In this document: positions 19,215 to 24,859 of the stretch, piece after piece | Numbering within the stretch: position 1 is the stretch's first letter | How the letters are laid out: each line of letters opens with the position of its first letter | DNA from: Patescibacteria group bacterium | GTDB taxonomy: Bacteria; Patescibacteriota; UBA1384; XYA2-FULL-43-10 | DNA length: 32,000 nucleotides | Assembly: GCA_041674405.1 (NCBI GenBank) | Contig: JBAYVT010000003.1 | Span: 90,001 to 122,000 of the forward strand | Reading direction: 5' to 3' | Translations under genes and position numbers: made by a program | The notes under the pieces: generated by a model | What the model was told of the DNA's origin: nothing | The model's database searches: none | What the model saw: the letters and a program-made list of their open reading frames with translations, nothing else

Positions 19215-20591
19215 TTGAAAAAGGTACCGACTAACCGTAATCCGAGGAGAGGCAAGCTGGAAGGAGAGGGAAAGACCAAGCGGCTGTACCATGCAGTCGG
19301 CAGAGGATTTGGGGAGGTGGTGATCGTAGAGCAGAAGAACACGATCACCAAGCACAACGACCCCTCCCAGACCGAGGAGTTCGAGTCTAAGGGCCGCTGT
19401 TCCACGACATTCGCCTCGCGGGTTTTCGAGCTGCTCACCGCGGCCGGAATCCCCAATGCCTTCATTCGCCAGACGGGCGACAACGAGTTTCTCATGCACA
19501 GATGCAAGATGCTGGGACTCGAGGTCGTCATCCGCCGTCTCGCGATGGGCAGCTACTTTGACCGCAACCCCCACATGAGGCCCAAGGCTGGTGATCCGGC
19601 TCCGCGCCTCCACCGGCTGGTCATCGAGATGATGCTGAAGACCACGGAAGGGATCGTTCCGCTCTTGAACGGAAGCACGCACGACACCGGCATCCGCGAT
19701 CCCAAGCGGCAAGATCCGCTCATTGTGGATCCATCGGCCGAGATCTGGAAGCTCGCACACCCGCATCTCCCGCTCTGGGACACCGAGTCCTACATCGGCG
19801 AGATCGAGGCCAATCGCGTGATGGATCCTGTCCATCTCGAACAGATCGAACGGCTGGCGCGCCTCATCTTCCTTCTCCTGGAGTCAGCACTCACCAATGT
19901 GGGTAGCCGACTGGCGGACCTCAAACTCGAGTTCGGCTTCCTGCCAGACGGAACACTGGTGGTCGCCGACGTGATCGACCCGGATTCGCTCCGGCAAGCC
20001 GTGTGGAACAACGATCTGGACGCGTGGATAGACTTGAGCAAGCAGAGCTTCCGGGACGGCATAGGCCTTGAGGAAGTCGAGCGCAAGTACCTGAACGCGG
20101 CCATGCTCGCGGAGAGGATCCGTGTTCCTCGCCAAGCGCTCATCACGTGGATAGGATCGCCCAAGGACACCCACCCGCCGGTGGACAGTAAGCTACTGCT
20201 TCACACCGGCATCACCCATGAGAAGGTCATGATCTCGGGACACAAGCAGCCCGAGCACGTTCTTCCCGAACTCGAGCACCTCCTCGCCCAGTACCCCGAT
20301 GGCGGCGTGATTATCGCCAAGGTGGGGATGTCCAACGGCTTGGGCCCGATCCTCGCCGCTCGCACCTCTCTGCCCGTGATCTCGGTCGTCGCCAACGCGG
20401 CCCCGGACGATCACGGGGTAGTACACCTGGAAGATGCGTGGAGTTCGCTTCGCATGCCCTCAGACGTGCCGAACCTCACGGTGCTAAGCGAGAAGAACGC
20501 CATCACCGCGGCGCTGAACATCCTTGCCCGGAAGGATCCGGTGCTGTACATGTTCCGGCAGTACGAGATCGAGAAGCTTGCGGCGGTGTAA
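19215..20591 (+). CDS. Bifunctional SAICAR synthetase / AIR carboxylase (PurC-PurE fusion)
   Basis: PurC part LEGEGKTKRLYHAV...VEQKNTITKHND...FIRQTGDNEFLMHRCKMLGLEVVIRRLAMGSY...; PurE part MISGHKQPEHVLPELEHLLAQYPDGGVIIAKVGMSNGLGPILAARTSLPVISVVA. TTG start at 19215; core homology begins a few codons in. Confidence 0.9.
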   Translation: MKKVPTNRNPRRGKLEGEGKTKRLYHAVGRGFGEVVIVEQKNTITKHNDPSQTEEFESKGRCSTTFASRVFELLTAAGIPNAFIRQTGDNEFLMHRCKMLGLEVVIRRLAMGSYFDRNPHMRPKAGDPAPRLHRLVIEMMLKTTEGIVPLLNGSTHDTGIRDPKRQDPLIVDPSAEIWKLAHPHLPLWDTESYIGEIEANRVMDPVHLEQIERLARLIFLLLESALTNVGSRLADLKLEFGFLPDGTLVVADVIDPDSLRQAVWNNDLDAWIDLSKQSFRDGIGLEEVERKYLNAAMLAERIRVPRQALITWIGSPKDTHPPVDSKLLLHTGITHEKVMISGHKQPEHVLPELEHLLAQYPDGGVIIAKVGMSNGLGPILAARTSLPVISVVANAAPDDHGVVHLEDAWSSLRMPSDVPNLTVLSEKNAITAALNILARKDPVLYMFRQYEIEKLAAV

Positions 20592-20647
20592 CCGCCAGCG
20601 AGCCCGTACAAAGTTCTTCCATCCCGGAAGACAATAGCAGCAAACGC

Positions 20648-20676
20648 TTCAGGCGGCCCGACTCGGGCCGCCTGAA
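20648..20676 (+). terminator. GC-rich terminator-like hairpin after purCE
   Basis: Perfect 13-bp stem TTCAGGCGGCCCG-ACT-CGGGCCGCCTGAA; no classic T-tract. Confidence 0.6.
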
Positions 20677-20733
20677 ATGCTACAGAATCAAAATTCTCAT
20701 TAATTATCCGATGATATACCGACATAAAATACA

Positions 20734-20793
20734 TTAAGAGAAGGAGGCCCGCGCAGTACAGTCGGGCCTCGTTGCTCGGCGGATTACCGCCAT
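20734..20793 (-). CDS. Possible 19-aa GC-rich small ORF overlapping a terminator-like hairpin
   Basis: ATG at 20793 with GAAGG 6 nt upstream: MAVIRRATRPDCTARASFS; overlaps hairpin GAGGCCCG (20744-20751)/CGGGCCTC (20763-20770). Confidence 0.25.
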   Translation of the reverse strand: MAVIRRATRPDCTARASFS

Positions 20794-20970
20794 CGGTCAC
20801 CTTCTTCTCTCCTTGTGATTCTTTAGCGCCCAACGAATGAGAAACTATTAAAAATTAGACGAAATATTTCCAGCAGAATCAACAATACTAAGTTTATTGT
20901 TTGGCATATGCAAAAGTATTTCAGCATGACTGCAAAAATTGAAATAGAGAATATATTTGAAAACGATAAT

Positions 20971-21783
20971 TTACTTGCGATATTTTTTCAGCAATCTATC
21001 GCTTACCGGAACAATTATCATCAGCCCGGCTAATAGTCCCAGGACCAGCCACTTATTTTCGGAGACAGGATTTTGCGGCCCGGTTTCCGGCAAAGCTGTT
21101 ATCGTAGTAGTTGTAGCGGGTGTAGCAGGATTGTTAACAACAATTCTAACTGTTGACGAAAGATAAGTGTCCTCGCCTTCAGCCTTTGCCTTGTCGAGAT
21201 CAAATACCCCCGCAATCCTTTCTGCATCTGGACCAACAACATAAAATGTGCCAGTTATTACTGTCTGATCGGGAACGTCAGATTTTATTCTAGCCGAGAT
21301 TGACCCAATCTCGGCGTCCATCGTGGTGTCCAGACCATTACTCAAAATAATTGCTTCGGGCGAAGAATATTCGAAAGCATTAGTGTCAAGGTCCAAATCT
21401 CCCATTCCAGAGCCGAAAATATCAAGATTCTCAAGATATTCCGCGTTTGTGAAAGAAACGCCAAAAATCGGGTTTATGCTAGTGTTACCCTCGACCCGAG
21501 TGAGTCCGAGAAAGGTCAAATTATCACCAGGACTTGCTGTCAACGTTTCGCCAAGGCCACCGGCCATTTCCGGATTGGCCGAATAGTCGGAGTAGTTATA
21601 CAAATCATCATTTGTCGCCTCAAGAAAACAATTCTCTATCTTGCACACCAATGCGGCCATATAGAGAGAATTCCCCTCTCCTAAGTCGTAGTATGTTTCC
21701 GGAGTAGCGCCAGCAATCGTGGGAAATAATGAACTTATAGCCATAGCGATCATCGTAGTCCAGACTAGACAAAATTTTTTCAT
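20971..21783 (-). CDS. Secreted surface protein with LPXTG-type C-terminal sorting signal
   Basis: Signal peptide MKKFCLVWTTMIAMAISSLFPTIAGA; C-terminus LPETGPQNPVSENKWLVLGLLAGLMIIVPVSDRLLKKYRK. Confidence 0.8.
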   Translation of the reverse strand: MKKFCLVWTTMIAMAISSLFPTIAGATPETYYDLGEGNSLYMAALVCKIENCFLEATNDDLYNYSDYSANPEMAGGLGETLTASPGDNLTFLGLTRVEGNTSINPIFGVSFTNAEYLENLDIFGSGMGDLDLDTNAFEYSSPEAIILSNGLDTTMDAEIGSISARIKSDVPDQTVITGTFYVVGPDAERIAGVFDLDKAKAEGEDTYLSSTVRIVVNNPATPATTTTITALPETGPQNPVSENKWLVLGLLAGLMIIVPVSDRLLKKYRK

Positions 21784-21842
21784 ATCCCTCCCTTATTTAT
21801 AAATACATTATATCAAATCAGGCTATTGACAGATATAAAGTC

Positions 21843-22430
21843 TCAAAGATATTTCACGGTTTTTTTTGTTATCACCGACGCCGTTGTCTGAGCTTTAGAC
21901 ATCTTGATGTCTCTGATATAGAATTCGGCCGACGTTAGTTTTTTGTAGTCGGTTATTTTTTCAATGAACTCAATTCCGTTTAAATGATCATATTCATGCT
22001 GGATAACCCGTGCAAGAATGCCGTCGCAGCTAAGCTGAAACTTTTTTCCGTTTTGACCGGTCGCTTCAATTGTGATTTCTTTCGGCCTTTTCACCGGTCC
22101 GAAGATCTGGGCATTTGCGAAACTGCCACATCCTTCGTAGGCGATTGATTCTTCGAGAGAACTTTTGATAATTTTCGGGTTAATGTAGATTCTTAATTCA
22201 TCAGATTGATCAGCTGTTCTGAACTTTGTCTCTCGCGGTTCTGTAACAAAAATTTTGAAATTTTCACCAATTTGAGGAGCAGACAGCCCGACGAGAAGCT
22301 CTTTACTCCTCAAGCTATCGATCAGATCATCAATCACTTGCTTGGTTTTTGGGTCCCCAAAATCAGTCACAGCTTTATTCTCAGCCTTCAGCCTTGGATC
22401 GCCAACTTGTATTGTTTCGCGAACGGCCAT
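21843..22430 (-). CDS. def: Peptide deformylase
   Basis: GLSAPQIGENFKIFV, EGCGSF and QHEYDHLNG motifs. Confidence 0.92.
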   Translation of the reverse strand: MAVRETIQVGDPRLKAENKAVTDFGDPKTKQVIDDLIDSLRSKELLVGLSAPQIGENFKIFVTEPRETKFRTADQSDELRIYINPKIIKSSLEESIAYEGCGSFANAQIFGPVKRPKEITIEATGQNGKKFQLSCDGILARVIQHEYDHLNGIEFIEKITDYKKLTSAEFYIRDIKMSKAQTTASVITKKTVKYL

Positions 22431-22432
22431 AA

Positions 22433-22897
22433 TTATTCCTCAATATTTTCAAACCTTCCATCCTCATATGGCGGCAGACAAATTTCATATGCTGTCAGCG
22501 CCGAATCAGGCGCCGCTTCCCATTGCATCGTATCATCAATTCCAATTGAAAAATATTCCGGTTCCTCATCTTCCTTCTCTACATCATAGATTTTTTGGCT
22601 CCCATCAGGTTTTGTAACGGTCAATTTGCCTTTGCCGGCAAGATAACCTTCAATTGTTGATTCTCCTTTGAGGACTCGCTGCAATGGTGTTTTCATACCT
22701 GGCTGAACGCGGATAACACCGAGGTCCTTATCAGGATCGTCATCGAAAGTGTAGACATCACACTCGACCCCATCGATGACTTGCATAGTCTCGATGAACG
22801 AGACCGGTTGCCAGTCATGTTCGTGCCTAAATGCACCAATCTTGTCATGATTTACTTCGGCATATTCGCTTGGGGTTGTGCTGCCTTGTTCGTTCAT
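22433..22897 (-). CDS. Cupin-like protein
   Basis: 154 aa; VIRVQPGMKTPLQRVLKGESTIEGYLAGKGKLTVTKPDGSQKIYDV resembles a cupin beta-barrel. Confidence 0.65.
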   Translation of the reverse strand: MNEQGSTTPSEYAEVNHDKIGAFRHEHDWQPVSFIETMQVIDGVECDVYTFDDDPDKDLGVIRVQPGMKTPLQRVLKGESTIEGYLAGKGKLTVTKPDGSQKIYDVEKEDEEPEYFSIGIDDTMQWEAAPDSALTAYEICLPPYEDGRFENIEE

Positions 22898-23002
22898 CGC
22901 ATGCTCCAGTGAAATTGATATTTACTAATATTACCAGAAAGGCTGAAATTCTCAGCCTTTAGCTCCGTTGGTATCTTCTCAAATTCTATGGATTATGCAA
23001 AA

Positions 23003-23878
23003 TTATAACCCAATTTTAACCAGAACAACACCAAAAATTAGGATTAAGCTGCCAATAATTGTTTCAAGTTTTGGCTTATCTTTGAAAAAAATAAAGCTGA
23101 AGAGCAGAGCAAAGAAAACCTGCGATCGAAAAAGCGCTGTGACAATTCCTACGTTTCCACCGCCTATCGATACAAATCCCAAAATATTGCCCATTGCGAA
23201 TAACACTCCCAGGGCAAGTAATACCCATATATTCATTGAGATCTGAGATATTACTGCGCTTCTTCTGGCAAATAAATAAGGCAACAACCCAATGATTATT
23301 ACCATATTTTCTATGAATAATGTAAAAATGACGTTTTTCGGAAATGTTCCTAGAATTGCAATTTTGTCGAAGACTGAAACAAATCCAAGCGCGATAACTG
23401 AAATAAGCATTAAGAAGGCATATTTGTTTTTTACTAGAATTTTGAATGGTTCAAGTAATCCCTCTTTTGCAGTACTGACATTTATTGTATAAATTCCGAC
23501 AAGCGAAACCATGCTTCCCGCCAGAGAAATCAGGGAAGGTCTTTCTGAAAGCGGCGGCAAGAATGCCAGTGTCATGGTGACAATCGGACTCAAAATAATT
23601 ATTGGATATATTTGAGATATGGGAGCATCTTTGATCGCTCTAAATTGAGTAATTCTCGATAGTGTATAGAAAATGGTTGAACATAGTACGCCAACAATAA
23701 ATAGGACGCTGAGATTTGGAATCCCATCTTTGAGAGCAAAATAAGACATTAGGGTAGTCGAGATCACAATCATCGTCCAGAACAGAATGACTGGGTCGAC
23801 TTTATTTAAAATTCTTTTGTTTAGAACAACAAGAATTCCAGATACGAAAGCGGCAGATAGAGCAATATAAAACCACAT
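23003..23878 (-). CDS. EamA/DMT-family transporter
   Basis: 291 aa with about ten hydrophobic helices; C-terminal FRSQVFFALLFSFIFFKDKPKLETIIGSLILIFGVVLVKIG. Confidence 0.87.
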   Translation of the reverse strand: MWFYIALSAAFVSGILVVLNKRILNKVDPVILFWTMIVISTTLMSYFALKDGIPNLSVLFIVGVLCSTIFYTLSRITQFRAIKDAPISQIYPIIILSPIVTMTLAFLPPLSERPSLISLAGSMVSLVGIYTINVSTAKEGLLEPFKILVKNKYAFLMLISVIALGFVSVFDKIAILGTFPKNVIFTLFIENMVIIIGLLPYLFARRSAVISQISMNIWVLLALGVLFAMGNILGFVSIGGGNVGIVTALFRSQVFFALLFSFIFFKDKPKLETIIGSLILIFGVVLVKIGL

Positions 23879-23925
23879 ACTTTATTCCAATCAGTTTTGC
23901 AGTTCAGTTTTATTTAATGTGTAAT

Positions 23926-24016
23926 TGGCGGTGGGAGAGGGATTCGAACCCTCGAGACCCTTGCGAGCCTACACGCTTTCCAAGCGTGCGCACTAGACCA
24001 ACTATGCGATCCCACC
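23926..24016 (-). tRNA. tRNA-Ser(GGA), 3' CCA encoded
   Basis: Minus strand GGTGGGATCGCATAGTTGGTCTAGTGCGCACGCTTGGAAAGCGTGTAGGCTCGCAAGGGTCTCGAGGGTTCGAATCCCTCTCCCACCGCCA; anticodon loop TTGGAAA, long variable arm, 7-bp acceptor GGTGGGA/TCCCACC. Confidence 0.95.
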
Positions 24017-24044
24017 AACGGACAAATTCTACCATATTTGAAGC

Positions 24045-24083
24045 TAAAAAAGAAGTCCCGACAGCCTAGAAGGCTCCCGGGAG
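24045..24083 (-). terminator. Intrinsic terminator of the 41-aa gene
   Basis: Minus strand TCCCGGGAGCCTTCTAGGCTGTCGGGACTTCTTTTTT: TCCCG/CGGGA enclosing AGCCT-TCT-AGGCT, then a T-tract. Confidence 0.8.
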
Positions 24084-24107
24084 ATTCCTCGAAACCTGGA
24101 TCTTCAG

Positions 24108-24233
24108 TCAGCGTCCGCGGCGAGCCGCACCTTGGTCCCTCCAACCGCTCCCACTATGGGCCTTCGGAGTAACGCCCCTTGCAGGTTTGTTCCTCCCGTT
24201 GGGCTTCGTGCTCTTGGTCTTAACCTTACCCAA
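24108..24233 (-). CDS. 41-aa highly basic GC-rich peptide
   Basis: TTG start at 24233 with AGGGAGGTG 6 nt upstream: MGKVKTKSTKPNGRNKPARGVTPKAHSGSGWRDQGAARRGR; own promoter and terminator. Confidence 0.5.
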   Translation of the reverse strand: MGKVKTKSTKPNGRNKPARGVTPKAHSGSGWRDQGAARRGR

Positions 24234-24272
24234 GCTAGACACCTCCCTGTAATCTACAGCCGAGATGGAAAT

Positions 24273-24301
24273 AATATAGCTGATCAGATTCAATTGGTCA
24301 A
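24273..24301 (-). promoter_or_regulatory. Candidate promoter P3 for the 41-aa gene
   Basis: Minus strand TTGACC - 17 nt - TATATT. Confidence 0.65.
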
Positions 24302-24304
24302 ATG

Positions 24305-24585
24305 AAAGGAACAGCTCCGGCGAATGCCGGAGCTTACGACTTGCGTCCCAACTCAAATGAAGATGAAAGGAAGAGGGCTGCCGCAGAGAGTTTATAGCCG
24401 TGCCAAGGCATCTCTCTGCAGCTTGGTGCAATTCGGTGCTGCAGCCGTTGTTGCGATCATTGCTTCAATATAGGAGTATACTCACGCAGACCACCGACGG
24501 CCAGGCGCTATGGCCCGGCTTGTCACACCATGGGCTACCACCTCCTTACGGGAGGAGAAAAACGGCGACGCAGTGCCGCTTCTCC
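24305..24585 (-). ncRNA. Candidate structured RNA / small transcript (unit 2)
   Basis: Bounded by candidate promoter at 24592-24619 and hairpin at 24314-24333; internal pairings GGCTGC(24376-24381)/GCAGCC(24441-24446) and GCAGAGAG(24383-24390)/CTCTCTGC(24412-24419); CCTCC/GGAGG hairpin sequestering an AAGGAGGTGG Shine-Dalgarno-like motif. Confidence 0.4.
24314..24333 (-). terminator. Hairpin/terminator-like element ending the second unit
   Basis: Minus strand GCTCCGGC-ATTC-GCCGGAGC followed by TGTTCCTTT. Confidence 0.5.
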
Positions 24586-24591
24586 AATATT

Positions 24592-24619
24592 AATATAACA
24601 CTGCAATATGCAGTGTCAA
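24592..24619 (-). promoter_or_regulatory. Candidate promoter P2 with palindromic operator-like spacer
   Basis: Minus strand TTGACA - 16 nt - TATATT; perfect inverted repeat ACACTGCA-ATA-TGCAGTGT (24598-24616) fills the spacer and overlaps the -35. Confidence 0.6.
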
Positions 24620-24637
24620 ATAGCCTAAAATGGTGTA

Positions 24638-24667
24638 TCCTGGGCGCGCGGCTGGGCGCGCCCAGGA
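24638..24667 (-). terminator. Very stable GC hairpin ending the first unit
   Basis: Perfect 12-bp stem TCCTGGGCGCGC / GCGCGCCCAGGA with 6-nt loop; minus strand continues TACACCATTTT. Confidence 0.5.
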
Positions 24668-24772
24668 CCGGATGGTAATGTGCGGCAAAGCCGCGAATCC
24701 CCCGGGATGGATTGGATAGGGGGTGGTTGCTTGACTTTGGCCGACTCTGGCCTTAAGTCCAGCGGGTATGTA
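24638..24772 (-). ncRNA. Candidate structured RNA (unit 1)
   Basis: Starts just after candidate promoter 24779-24806; hairpins GCGGC-AAA-GCCGC (24682-24694) and GACTT/AAGTC (24733-24759); ends in a strong GC hairpin; no convincing ORF. Confidence 0.35.
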
Positions 24773-24778
24773 AGATAA

Positions 24779-24806
24779 ATGTTAGCACGAGAAAAAATAT
24801 TGTCAA
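24779..24806 (-). promoter_or_regulatory. Candidate promoter P1
   Basis: Minus strand TTGACA - 16 nt - TAACAT directly downstream of the ppsA terminator. Confidence 0.5.
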
Positions 24807-24807
24807 T

Positions 24808-24838
24808 AAAATATACCATCACGAAGATGGTATATTTT
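24808..24838 (-). terminator. Intrinsic terminator of ppsA
   Basis: Perfect 13-bp stem AAAATATACCATC-ACGAA-GATGGTATATTTT. Confidence 0.8.
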
Positions 24839-24859
24839 TTAACCACAAAAAATTTATTT

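Noticed and set aside
19185-19835. 216-aa minus-strand ORF and other long ORFs antisense to purCE
   Set aside because: Shadow ORFs caused by high GC content opposite a clearly identified coding gene.
20411-20833. 140-aa minus-strand ORF
   Set aside because: Mostly antisense to the end of purCE and crosses strong hairpins; only the short 19-codon frame at its start region has promoter and ribosome-site context.
24108-24431. 107-aa minus-strand ORF as a single gene
   Set aside because: The upstream portion crosses a terminator-like hairpin and a promoter; the TTG at 24233 with a strong Shine-Dalgarno is a better start.
24045-24807. Possible tmRNA, RNase P, SRP or 6S RNA
   Set aside because: No GAGGAAAGTCCG (RNase P), no tRNA-like tmRNA 3' end with GGTTCGA, and no GGTCAGG...GGAAGCAGCC (SRP) found on either strand; kept only as a candidate unknown RNA. 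6S cannot be excluded by eye.
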